In this document: positions 10,261 to 18,968 of the stretch, in pieces | Layout: every line of letters starts with the position of its first letter | Numbering within the stretch: the first letter of the stretch is position 1 | NCBI GenBank assembly: GCA_012518595.1 | Contig: JAAYRV010000138.1 | Coordinates: 1 to 44,857, forward strand | From: Bacillota bacterium | Lineage (GTDB): Bacteria > Bacillota > SHA-98 > UBA4971 | Reading direction: 5' to 3' | DNA: 44,857 nucleotides | Program-made: the position numbers and the translations under genes | The notes under the pieces: model-generated | Told to the model about the DNA's origin: nothing | The model's input: only the letters and a program-made list of their open reading frames with translations | Database searches by the model: none

Positions 10261-10289
10261 ATAATACCATAATTAATCACGACATGCAG
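10261..10289 (-). promoter_or_regulatory. Putative sigma-A promoter of the rnf operon
   Basis: CTGCAT-N17-TATTAT with TG extension (TGgTATTAT) on minus strand. Confidence 0.5.
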
Positions 10290-10332
10290 AATATAAACCC
10301 GCATTAACCCGGAAACATTGCCCAAACGCAAG

Positions 10333-10359
10333 CGGGGGCGCAAGGTTCTTGTGCCCCCG
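10333..10359 (-). terminator. Hairpin downstream of fhs
   Basis: CGGGGGCACAAG-AAC-CTTGCGCCCCCG GC-rich stem; U-tract is weak. Confidence 0.55.
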
Positions 10360-10453
10360 ATGTTGCTCTGTCATATCAATTCTATCTTAGATGCGGTCTT
10401 AAGACCTCAAACCGGCAGAACAGAAACCGGCCAAATCCCAAAGCAAGCCTTCG

Positions 10454-12151
10454 CTAGAATAGGCCGACAATATTCCCCTTATCGTCAATGTCGACAGTCT
10501 CTGCAGCAGGATGCTTAGGAAGACCTGGCATAGTCATCATTTGCCCACAAAGAGGAACGATGAACCCTGCCCCTGCAGATACTCGCACCTCACGGACGTT
10601 AAGCTCCCAATCAGTGGGCGCTCCTCTTAATGCAGGATCATCACTCAACGACAGCTGCGTCTTTGCTGTGCAAATCGGCAAGCCGCCCAGTCCCTGATTC
10701 TCAATGTTTCTGATATCGCGCTCTGCAGAACCTGAGTAGATAACTCCCTTGGCGCCGTAGATCTCCTTGGCCAACTTCTCAATCTTTTCCTTCACCGGAA
10801 TATCAAGGGGATAAAGGAATCTGAAGTTAGGCTTCTCATTCTCCAGAGAATCCAGGACTTCCTCTGCCAACTCGATGCCGCCTTCACCGCCTCTGCCTAC
10901 CACTTCTGAAATGGCAGCGCGAACCCCTAGATCATCACAATGCTTCTTCAAGAATTCCAGCTCTTCCACATCATCAGTGGGGAATCTGTTGATAGCCACA
11001 ACAACCGGAAGGCCGAACTTGTCTCTTATGTTTTCAATGTGTTTATCCAAGTTCTCGCAGCCCTTCTCCAGCAAGGCCAGGTTCGTCTCAGCAAGTTTAT
11101 CCCTTATGGCTCCGCCATGGTGGTTAAGAGCACGTGCAGACGCTACGATCACAACTACATCAGGTCTTACATCTGTTGCACGACAGATTATGTCGAAGAA
11201 CTTCTCAGCCCCTAGGTCAGCTGCGAATCCGCCTTCTGTGATGGCATAATCAGCCAGCCTGAGAGCTGTCTCAGTAGCTACTATACTGTTGTTACCATAT
11301 GCGATATTCGCGAAAGGCCCGCAGTGTACGAAAGCAGGCTGCCCCTCGAGAGTCTGCACCAAGTTAGGCTTTATCGCTTCTTTCATAATCACTGCCATTG
11401 CGCCGACTGCCCCTAAATCAGCAGCGGTGACAGGCTTTCTATCATATGTGTATCCCACGATAAGCTTGGCGAAACGGTCTTTTAGAGCGCTTATCGAAGG
11501 TGACAGTCCAAAACAGGCCATGATCTCTGATGCAACCGTAATGTCAAACCCACTCTCCATAGGAGTGCCGTTGGCTCTCCCTCCAAGGCCGACTACCACA
11601 TTACGGAGCTGTCTGTCACTGATATCCATAACACGGCGCCATGCCACCCGTCTGGGATCGATACCCAGATCATTCCCTTGATGGATATGGTTTTCAACCA
11701 TGGCTGCAAGGAGGTTATGAGCCGCGCCTACTGCGTGGATGTCCCCGGTGAAATGGAGGTTTATGTCCTCCATGGGAAGGACTTGTGAGTACCCTCCTCC
11801 TGCAGCTCCACCCTTGATGCCGAACGTGGGACCAAGTGACGGCTCTCTCAGAGCAACCATGACGCTCTTATTCATTTTCCCCAGAGCCTGAGCAAGCCCA
11901 ACAGCAGTACAGGTCTTACCTTCACCGGCAGGCGTAGCGGTTATCGCAGTAGTGTAAATGAGTTTCCCGTAAGGACGGTCTTTCAATCTTTCAATAGTCT
12001 CCAAACTAACCTTCGCCATATGCTTACCGTAGAATTCAAGATCATCCTCAGTAAGTCCTATGCTCTTTGCGATTTCCACGATCGGCTTGAGCTTTGCGCT
12101 CTGTGCAATCTCAATGTCAGGAGGAATTCTACCGTAAGTCCCTTTTGACAT
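10454..12151 (-). CDS. fhs: Formate--tetrahydrofolate ligase
   Basis: TPAGEGKT, LREPSLGP, GIKGGAAGGGY, INLHFTGD, GPFANIA, MPGLPK. Confidence 0.98.
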   Translation of the reverse strand: MSKGTYGRIPPDIEIAQSAKLKPIVEIAKSIGLTEDDLEFYGKHMAKVSLETIERLKDRPYGKLIYTTAITATPAGEGKTCTAVGLAQALGKMNKSVMVALREPSLGPTFGIKGGAAGGGYSQVLPMEDINLHFTGDIHAVGAAHNLLAAMVENHIHQGNDLGIDPRRVAWRRVMDISDRQLRNVVVGLGGRANGTPMESGFDITVASEIMACFGLSPSISALKDRFAKLIVGYTYDRKPVTAADLGAVGAMAVIMKEAIKPNLVQTLEGQPAFVHCGPFANIAYGNNSIVATETALRLADYAITEGGFAADLGAEKFFDIICRATDVRPDVVVIVASARALNHHGGAIRDKLAETNLALLEKGCENLDKHIENIRDKFGLPVVVAINRFPTDDVEELEFLKKHCDDLGVRAAISEVVGRGGEGGIELAEEVLDSLENEKPNFRFLYPLDIPVKEKIEKLAKEIYGAKGVIYSGSAERDIRNIENQGLGGLPICTAKTQLSLSDDPALRGAPTDWELNVREVRVSAGAGFIVPLCGQMMTMPGLPKHPAAETVDIDDKGNIVGLF

Positions 12152-12153
12152 AT

Positions 12154-13569
12154 TTACATACCCCTTCCGTTTTTTGTGCGAATATATTCATCAATTCCAT
12201 GGGCAGCGCGCTTGCCTGCGCCCATTGCTGCAATCACAGTGGCGGATCCGGTGACAATGTCACCGCCTGCAAATATCCCAGGTATGTTCGTCTCGCCTGT
12301 CTCCTCATCTGCAATAACATTCCCACGTCGTCCCAGAGCAAGCCCGGAAACTGTCCTAATCAGGAGGGGGTTGGGATTAGTGCCAACAGCAGAGATTACA
12401 GTGTCAACGTCCAGGATAAATTCTGAACCGGAAACCGGAATCGGCCTCCTCCTCCCGCTGTCGTCAGGTTCGCCCAACTCCATTCGGATGCACTCCATCC
12501 CCTTTACCCAGCCTTTATCATCCTCAAGAATACGCACTGGGTTTGTAAGGAGCATGAATTCAATTCCTTCCTCCTCAGCGTTTTCAACTTCTTCCAGTCT
12601 TGCAGGCATTTCAGTTCTTGAACGCCTGTATACAACAGAGACTCTCTCTGCGCCAAGTCGGAGCGCGGTTCTGGCAGAATCCATGGCGACGTTACCGCCA
12701 CCGACAACTACGACGCGCCTGCCAACCCAAATCGGAGTATCGTATTCCGGAAATCGATAGGCCTTCATCAGGTTCGCTCTGGTCAAGAATTCATTTGCAG
12801 AGTAGACGCCATTCAAATTCTCACCGGGTACCCCCAGAAAATAGGGCAGGCCTGCGCCTGTCCCCAGGAACATAGCGTCAAAGCCTTGTTCAAAAAGTTC
12901 ATCTACTGTAACTGTCGTACCTACAAGCACGTTCAGGCGTATTTCTACGCCTTGACTTCTAATATATTCCACCTCCTCATCAACAATAGCTTTAGGAAGA
13001 CGAAACTCTGGGATACCATATCGAAGCACGCCACCTGTGGCATGCAAGGACTCAAAGAGAACAACTTTGTAGCCGAGCTTGGTCAGCTCTGCTGCACACG
13101 TCAAACCTGCAGGGCCTGAACCGATGACTGCGACCTTACCTAAGGATAAGTCAGAAGGCGCGGCTTCGGTCAGAGACTCCCCGTGAGCCCTTTCGTAATC
13201 TGATGAAAAGCGCTCAAGAGCTCCTATAGCTACAGGGTCACCCTTCTTGCCCAGAGTGCATACTGCCTCACACTGGCTTTCCTGGGGGCACACACGGCCA
13301 CACATAGCAGGTAGACTGTTCTTTTCCTTAATCTTTTTTGCTGCTCCTAAAAAATCGCCTTCTGCGATAAGCTCAATAAACTCAGGGATATCCACGCCTA
13401 CAGGACACCCGGAGACACAAGGTTTCTTGGGGCATCCGATGCAACGAGTAGCTTCAGCCACTGCAAGCTCGGGAGTGTAGCCTAAGGCTACCTCTTCAAA
13501 GTTACTAATGCGCATATCCGGTGCCTGTTTAGGCATTTCGTGTCTTTGCTTTCTTACTTTTGATGACAT
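12154..13569 (-). CDS. nfnB: NfnAB transhydrogenase large subunit (GltD/SudA-like)
   Basis: CIGCPKKPCVSGCP, CGRVCPQESQCE, GSGPAG, YGIPEFRLP, GGGNVAMD; paired with an NfnA-type gene, no gltB nearby; start 13569 or 13575. Confidence 0.9.
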   Translation of the reverse strand: MSSKVRKQRHEMPKQAPDMRISNFEEVALGYTPELAVAEATRCIGCPKKPCVSGCPVGVDIPEFIELIAEGDFLGAAKKIKEKNSLPAMCGRVCPQESQCEAVCTLGKKGDPVAIGALERFSSDYERAHGESLTEAAPSDLSLGKVAVIGSGPAGLTCAAELTKLGYKVVLFESLHATGGVLRYGIPEFRLPKAIVDEEVEYIRSQGVEIRLNVLVGTTVTVDELFEQGFDAMFLGTGAGLPYFLGVPGENLNGVYSANEFLTRANLMKAYRFPEYDTPIWVGRRVVVVGGGNVAMDSARTALRLGAERVSVVYRRSRTEMPARLEEVENAEEEGIEFMLLTNPVRILEDDKGWVKGMECIRMELGEPDDSGRRRPIPVSGSEFILDVDTVISAVGTNPNPLLIRTVSGLALGRRGNVIADEETGETNIPGIFAGGDIVTGSATVIAAMGAGKRAAHGIDEYIRTKNGRGM

Positions 13570-14405
13570 TTGCATCCCCCCGCGCCGGCCAAATAGTGCT
13601 CCATGGCAAGCTTCTCCTCTGCCAGAAAACGCTTTTGTCTTGCTATTAGCTCATCATAATCTACCTTATGACCGTCAAATGCGGGACCCTCAACGCAAGA
13701 AAACTTAGTCTCGCCGTCGACTGTCACACGACATGAACCACACATCCCTGTGCCGTCCACCATGATTGCATTCAAGCTGACAACGGTTTTTACTCCGAAT
13801 TTTCCAGTGACTCTTGAAGCCTCTCGCATCATTGGAAGAGGCCCTATGACTATTACCTCATCAGGACGAAGCCCTTTCTCCAGCAAATCATTGAGGACTT
13901 CAGTGACGAAACCCTTATGCCCGAAGCTTCCGTCATCTGTGCTGTAGTAGACTTCATCGCTGACTTTCTCCATCCTGTCCTTGAATATCAGCATATCTTT
14001 CGTCTGCGCGCCGATAAGAGATATAACCCTGGTTCCAAGCTGATGGTAAGCTTTTGCCTCAGGATATATGGGAGCAACCCCTACTCCTCCCGCTACACAG
14101 ACGACACAATCCAGCTTCTCAATATCTCTGGGAGTTCCGAGAGGGCCTACTATATCCTGGATGAAATCACCTTCACACAATGCTCCCAACTCTTTTGTGC
14201 TTTTCCCAACCTCCTGAAATACCATGGTCAGAAGTCCGGTTTTACGATCGCTGTCTGCTATTGTGAGGGGAATCCGCTCTCCTTTTTCATGCATCCTCAG
14301 CACAATAAACTGTCCCGGACATGCATGACGGCAGATTTCAGGGGCGTCAACTTCCATCAGTTTGATTTTAGGCGCCAGAATTTCTTTCTTGAGAATCTTA
14401 TACAT
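13554..14405 (-). CDS. nfnA: NfnAB transhydrogenase small subunit (SudB/PyrK-like)
   Basis: PGQF, GERIPLTIAD, GGVGVAP, DGTGMCGSCR...CVEGP [2Fe-2S] motif. Confidence 0.92.
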   Translation of the reverse strand: MYKILKKEILAPKIKLMEVDAPEICRHACPGQFIVLRMHEKGERIPLTIADSDRKTGLLTMVFQEVGKSTKELGALCEGDFIQDIVGPLGTPRDIEKLDCVVCVAGGVGVAPIYPEAKAYHQLGTRVISLIGAQTKDMLIFKDRMEKVSDEVYYSTDDGSFGHKGFVTEVLNDLLEKGLRPDEVIVIGPLPMMREASRVTGKFGVKTVVSLNAIMVDGTGMCGSCRVTVDGETKFSCVEGPAFDGHKVDYDELIARQKRFLAEEKLAMEHYLAGAGGCKCHQK

Positions 14406-14540
14406 TTTTTTCCTCCTAGCCCACGGCCTGACATGGCCGGTGTCTCGAAATACGACAAATCCATCTAAATGTAATTGTTAGTACGCCTAAAATAATCATG
14501 ATATATATTCGATGCGACTTCAATTAATCCTCTTATTTCT

Positions 14541-15176
14541 CTACAGGTAGTAAGCCAGGTGCATCAGGTCTATACTGAGGTCTGTATTATGAACCCTGAT
14601 TTCTTTAGGCGCCTTTAGATGTATCGGTGCAAAGTTAAGAACCGCCTCGATTCCTGCGGCAGCACACTTATCCATTACGGCTTGCGCCTCCTCAGCAGGA
14701 ACTGCAATAACAACCATTCTGAACCCAAGCTCCAGGGCCTTGGCGTGAAAGGTATCTATGAGATCTATCGGCACTCCGTTGATGAGTTCTCCCAATACTT
14801 CCGGATCAGAATCGAATAAGGCTACCAACTTGAGATGGAAGTCTTTTTCCGTAGCATACTTTTGAGTAATATACCTGGCAATTGCATGGCCCAGGTTTCC
14901 TACGCCTATGATTCCTACCTTTATCTCTTTGTCCAGATTGAGAATACGTTTGAGTTCATCCCGCAGGACCGCAATTTCATATCCAAGTCCCTGCTTACCG
15001 AAGGAACCGATAATACTCAGATCCTTTCTGACCTGAGCGGGACTGACACCTGACTTTTCACCCAGTTTAAAGGAGGAAATCACATTCCCATAAAAGTCCT
15101 CAGAAAGGTTCTCAAGAACTCGAAGATATATAGGTAGGCGCCGAATAACCACATCCGGAATACTCTGTTTTCCCAC
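14541..15176 (-). CDS. rex: Redox-sensing transcriptional repressor Rex
   Basis: IRRLPIYLR, QVRKDLS..GSFGKQGLGY, GVGNLG, LNFAP. Confidence 0.96.
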   Translation of the reverse strand: MGKQSIPDVVIRRLPIYLRVLENLSEDFYGNVISSFKLGEKSGVSPAQVRKDLSIIGSFGKQGLGYEIAVLRDELKRILNLDKEIKVGIIGVGNLGHAIARYITQKYATEKDFHLKLVALFDSDPEVLGELINGVPIDLIDTFHAKALELGFRMVVIAVPAEEAQAVMDKCAAAGIEAVLNFAPIHLKAPKEIRVHNTDLSIDLMHLAYYL

Positions 15177-15245
15177 CGTCCTCCTCCTTAGTATATGAAT
15201 CCTAAAGCACCAATCCTGTGAGATGCAAGTAGTTTTCGCATTTTG

Positions 15246-15278
15246 GGGCTAAGCGGCGTCAAAGCGCCGCTCAGTCCC
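15246..15278. terminator. GC-rich hairpin between hydA and rex
   Basis: GGGCTAAGCGGCG...CGCCGCTCAGTCCC imperfect inverted repeat; no U-tract on minus strand. Confidence 0.35.
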
Positions 15279-15333
15279 TGGCCTGATTTGTCTGCCCGCT
15301 GCAGGCAAAACCAGCGCTGCCCTGATCCTGCAT

Positions 15334-15544
15334 CTAAGTATGAGTTCATTAGTTTTCGCTCGTTGTCCGAGGTCTTAGGTTGCCGGTGATTGCAACGAGG
15401 GGTGTCAAAATTCGGCTACTAGCCTACGGGCCGGATTTTGTCAAGGCGACCCGCTTGGGGAGCCGTCCCCGAGTGCAACACCGGCAACCCAGCACAGTAC
15501 ATGCACTTTTTAGAACTGGCGATCACTTATGGCGATCTACTTAG
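15334..15544. repeat. Dispersed MITE/REP-like element, long copy (211 bp)
   Basis: Ends CTAAGTA...TACTTAG are inverted; left 51 nt match 34256-34306 at 42/51; right 53 nt match 29783-29835 at 44/53; internal nested hairpins. Confidence 0.85.
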
Positions 15545-17298
15545 TCACAAGCGTTTTGAGACATAGGATAACAGGATACAGGATACTTGCTTCGCTCCGT
15601 ATAGTGCGTGTGCAAGAGCCGGTGCGAAACTTCGCCAAGCGGTTCCATAAGGAATTCCTCATAAAGCTGCTTGATTGCAGGATTCTCATGGGACTTCCTT
15701 AGCGGAAGAAGCCTGTCTGCAACATACAGAGCATTGCCGCGAATTCCTCTTATCTCCATATTGGTGGGTATAGGCTGGCCTCCACCACCAACACAACCGC
15801 CGGGACATGCCATTATCTCAATAAAGTGATATACCCTCTCTTTGTCACGAACCAGTTCCAGAATCCTCTTGGCATTAGCCAGGCCGTGAGCGACTCCGAC
15901 CCTGACCTTCATATCACCTAACATGACCTCTGCCTCTTTGATTCCCTCAAGGCCTCTGACTTCTTGGAAATCAATACTAGGAAGCTCCAGGCCTGTGGCT
16001 ACTTCATAGACTGTCCTGAGTGCAGCCTCCATCACCCCGCCGGTCGCGCCAAAAATCGCAGCTGCGCCTGTGGAAATACCCATCGGCGAATCATGCTCCT
16101 CATCAGGAAGATTTGCAAAATCAATGCCTGCCTCTCGGATCATCCTTCCCAGCTCTCTCGAGGTAAGCACCACATCCACGTCTTGGTATCCTGACGAGGC
16201 CATCTCAGGGCGCTCCGCTTCAAACTTCTTGGCTGTGCATGGCATGAGGGAGACTGAGAAGATATCCTTCGGATCTATCCCCGAATGCCTCGCATAATAT
16301 GTTTTCACAAGAGCGCCGAACATTTGCTGTGGAGATTTGCAGGTAGAGACATACTCCAAGAGATCCGGGAAGAAGTGTTCTCCAAACTTTATCCAACCCG
16401 GGCTGCACGAAGTAATAAGTGGGAGAGGACCCCCTTCCTTGATCCTCTTCAGAAGCTCATTGCCTTCTTCAATAATCGTCAGGTCAGCAGTGAAGTCCGT
16501 ATCCATGACTTTGTCAAAGCCAAGCCTCCGGAGGGCTGCAACAAGTTTCCCGGTGAAAATCTCACCCGGTGGAAAGCCCAGTTCCTCGCCGATACTGACT
16601 CGGGTGGCAGGAGCAGTCTGAACAACTACGTGCCTGGTAGGATCTGCAAGCGCCCGGAAAACCTTTTCTGTATCATCCCGTTCTGCTATAGCGCCTACGG
16701 GACACGCATGAATGCATTGTCCACAAAGGGCACATGCCACATCGCCTAATTCTCTCTCACATGCAGGCGCCACAACTGTGTCTACCCCTCTCCCCACAGG
16801 CCAGAGGACAGCGGCAGCTTGCACATCCCGGCACATAGCTACGCATCTCCGACAGGATATGCATTTATCAGGTTCGCGGACTATTGCGGGGGTTGATTCA
16901 TCCAGCGGGATGCCACGAAGTTTTCGTTCAAAGCGAACCTCCCTGATTCCCAACCTTTCAGCGAGCGCCTGAAGCTCGCAATTGCGATTTCTGATACATT
17001 GGAGACAGTCAGTAGGATGATGAGCAAGGATTAGCTCGAGGTTTACCCGTCTGGCAGATCGCACATCAGGCGTATTTGTGCGGACCACCATGTTATCCCT
17101 TACCGGAAAAGCGCACGCAGGTTGAAGTAGTTTCTCTCCTTCTACCTCTACAACGCAAATACGGCATGTGGCTTGGACTTCGAGATCAGGATGATGGCAC
17201 AGGGTGGGGATATCAACCCCAAGCTTTCGAGCTGCTTCAAGAATTGTGGTACCGGCATCCACCTGAACTCTCAGGCCGTCTATCGTTACCATTGCCAC
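15541..17298 (-). CDS. hydA: [FeFe]-hydrogenase catalytic subunit, group A multimeric type (HydA/HndD)
   Basis: N-terminal [2Fe-2S], His-ligated and 2x[4Fe-4S] motifs; H-cluster L1 TSCSPGW, L2 MPCTAKKFE, L3 EIMACPGGCVGGGGQP; LHTHY. Confidence 0.96.
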   Translation of the reverse strand: MAMVTIDGLRVQVDAGTTILEAARKLGVDIPTLCHHPDLEVQATCRICVVEVEGEKLLQPACAFPVRDNMVVRTNTPDVRSARRVNLELILAHHPTDCLQCIRNRNCELQALAERLGIREVRFERKLRGIPLDESTPAIVREPDKCISCRRCVAMCRDVQAAAVLWPVGRGVDTVVAPACERELGDVACALCGQCIHACPVGAIAERDDTEKVFRALADPTRHVVVQTAPATRVSIGEELGFPPGEIFTGKLVAALRRLGFDKVMDTDFTADLTIIEEGNELLKRIKEGGPLPLITSCSPGWIKFGEHFFPDLLEYVSTCKSPQQMFGALVKTYYARHSGIDPKDIFSVSLMPCTAKKFEAERPEMASSGYQDVDVVLTSRELGRMIREAGIDFANLPDEEHDSPMGISTGAAAIFGATGGVMEAALRTVYEVATGLELPSIDFQEVRGLEGIKEAEVMLGDMKVRVGVAHGLANAKRILELVRDKERVYHFIEIMACPGGCVGGGGQPIPTNMEIRGIRGNALYVADRLLPLRKSHENPAIKQLYEEFLMEPLGEVSHRLLHTHYTERSKYPVSCYPMSQNACD

Positions 17299-17334
17299 CT
17301 TCTATCACTCCTTCCGTCATGGAGCAAAATGAAG

Positions 17335-18945
17335 TCATAGCCTGCATGTCCCGGTGGGACACAGCTTGTCCTTGATGTGCGCTTCAAACTCGTCTTTGAA
17401 ATACTTGAGCATGGTCATAATAGGTATAGGCGCTGATTGCCCCAACCCGCAAAGTGCGGTCTTTTGCATAGCATGACTTAAGTCCTCTAAGACTCTAAGA
17501 TCTTCATACGTTCCGTTGCCGATTGCGATCTTCTCAACAATATGGTGTAATCTTGCTGTTCCTTCCCTGCACGGAACGCATTTCCCACACGATTCCCTGA
17601 CAAAGAACCTCATGAAAGATTCTGCAATATCAACTATGCAGTGGCTGTCGTCCATTATCAGCAGGGCGCCTGACCCAAGAGCGGATCCCATCTCAGGGAG
17701 AGTGAAGTAGTCCATAGGCACATCCAACATCTCACCGGGGAGACATCCACCGGAAGTGCCTCCGGTCTGCGCCATCTTAAAGCTTCGCCCTCCCGGGATC
17801 CCGCCGCCAATCTCGTAGATGATCTTGCGGAGGGTAATACCCATGGGCACTTCAATAAGACCCTTGCTGTTAATGTCTCCTGTCATAGTAAACACCTTTG
17901 TTCCGGGACATTTCGGAGTACCGAACCCCCTGTACCATACAGGTCCGTTAAGTATTATCCGAGGGATATTGCCCAACGTTTCCACGTTATTTACTACTGT
18001 CGGCATTCCTAAGAAGCCATGGGTGCCCGGATACGGGGGCTTAACCCTGGGTTCCCCACGTCCGCCTTCCATGGACTCGATGAGTGCAGTTTCCTCGCCA
18101 CACACGTAAGCCCCAGCGCCTTTTCTCACCTCAATATCGAAGGAGAAACCTGATCCAAAGATGTCGCGGCCCAGCAATCCCATGGCTTTTGCTTGCTCAA
18201 TTCCTTTCGTTATCCGCTCGATGGAAAGAGAATACTCACCTCTTATGTACACGAAGCCTCGCTCTGCCCCAACTGCATACCCGGCAATAGCCATGGCCTC
18301 AAGAATACTATGGGGATCTCCTTCCAGGATCAAACGATCCTTAAAAGTCCCTGGCTCGCCTTCATCAGCATTACATATTATGAACTTCTCATCAGCTACT
18401 GCGTTCGCTGTGAAACTCCACTTCAAACCGGTGGGAAACGCAGCTCCGCCTCTGCCTACAAGTCCTGACTGTTTCATAACTTCTATGACATCGCAAGGTT
18501 CCATTTCAGTGAGACACTTTGCCAAAGCCCGATATCCGTCACGGGCAATATATTCCTCAATAGAGGAAGGATCGATAATCCCACAGTTGCGCAGGACAAT
18601 CCTTTCTTGGCACTCCAGATACTCAGGTTCCTTGTAACTTACGATCCCGGCAAGACGGCCTTCGCCTGTAAGGCGCCGCACAATTCTGCCCTTTAGAAGA
18701 TGCTCCTCAACAATTTCCGAGACATCTCGCACCGCCACTTTCTCATACAGAGTCCCTTCAGGGTAAACCACGATTACAGGGCCAAGGTCACACGGACCCA
18801 GACAACCTGTTTCCACTACTCTTACCTCTTCATCCAGACCCCGACGTTTCAATTCCTCTGTCAATGCGTCACGGACTGCCTTGCATCCTTCAAGAATACA
18901 TGGAGTTCCACCGCATACCAGGACATGTGAACGGTAGAATCGCAC
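17335..18945 (-). CDS. hydB: NuoF-like NAD(P)H/FMN-binding hydrogenase subunit (HydB/HndC)
   Basis: N-terminal thioredoxin-like [2Fe-2S] domain, GRGGAAFPTG, CNADEGEPG, CGEETAL, ESCGKCVPCREG. Confidence 0.93.
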   Translation of the reverse strand: MRFYRSHVLVCGGTPCILEGCKAVRDALTEELKRRGLDEEVRVVETGCLGPCDLGPVIVVYPEGTLYEKVAVRDVSEIVEEHLLKGRIVRRLTGEGRLAGIVSYKEPEYLECQERIVLRNCGIIDPSSIEEYIARDGYRALAKCLTEMEPCDVIEVMKQSGLVGRGGAAFPTGLKWSFTANAVADEKFIICNADEGEPGTFKDRLILEGDPHSILEAMAIAGYAVGAERGFVYIRGEYSLSIERITKGIEQAKAMGLLGRDIFGSGFSFDIEVRKGAGAYVCGEETALIESMEGGRGEPRVKPPYPGTHGFLGMPTVVNNVETLGNIPRIILNGPVWYRGFGTPKCPGTKVFTMTGDINSKGLIEVPMGITLRKIIYEIGGGIPGGRSFKMAQTGGTSGGCLPGEMLDVPMDYFTLPEMGSALGSGALLIMDDSHCIVDIAESFMRFFVRESCGKCVPCREGTARLHHIVEKIAIGNGTYEDLRVLEDLSHAMQKTALCGLGQSAPIPIMTMLKYFKDEFEAHIKDKLCPTGTCRL

Positions 18946-18968
18946 GAGTCTCTACCCCCTCCCAGATG

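Noticed and set aside
12154-13575. Glutamate synthase small subunit (gltD/gltA) call
   Set aside because: No large subunit nearby and it is paired with an NfnA-type gene, so Nfn is the better call
14475-14492. Possible Rex box upstream of nfnA (TTGTTAGTACGCCTAAAA), and a weaker one near 10168-10185 before rnfC
   Set aside because: Only one reasonable half-site each; cannot be separated from chance without a PWM scan
15334-15544. CRISPR array or tRNA interpretation of the repeat and its cloverleaf-like fold
   Set aside because: Copies are kilobases apart with no spacers or cas genes; no TpsiC or D-loop consensus
16380-16420. TSCSP instead of TSCCP in HydA as an inactivating change
   Set aside because: A common variant in multimeric group A enzymes; L2 and L3 are canonical
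17299-17337. Selenocysteine read-through or frameshift restoring the HydB ferredoxin domain
   Set aside because: After the TGA come only five codons and more stops, no Cys motifs, then the hydA RBS
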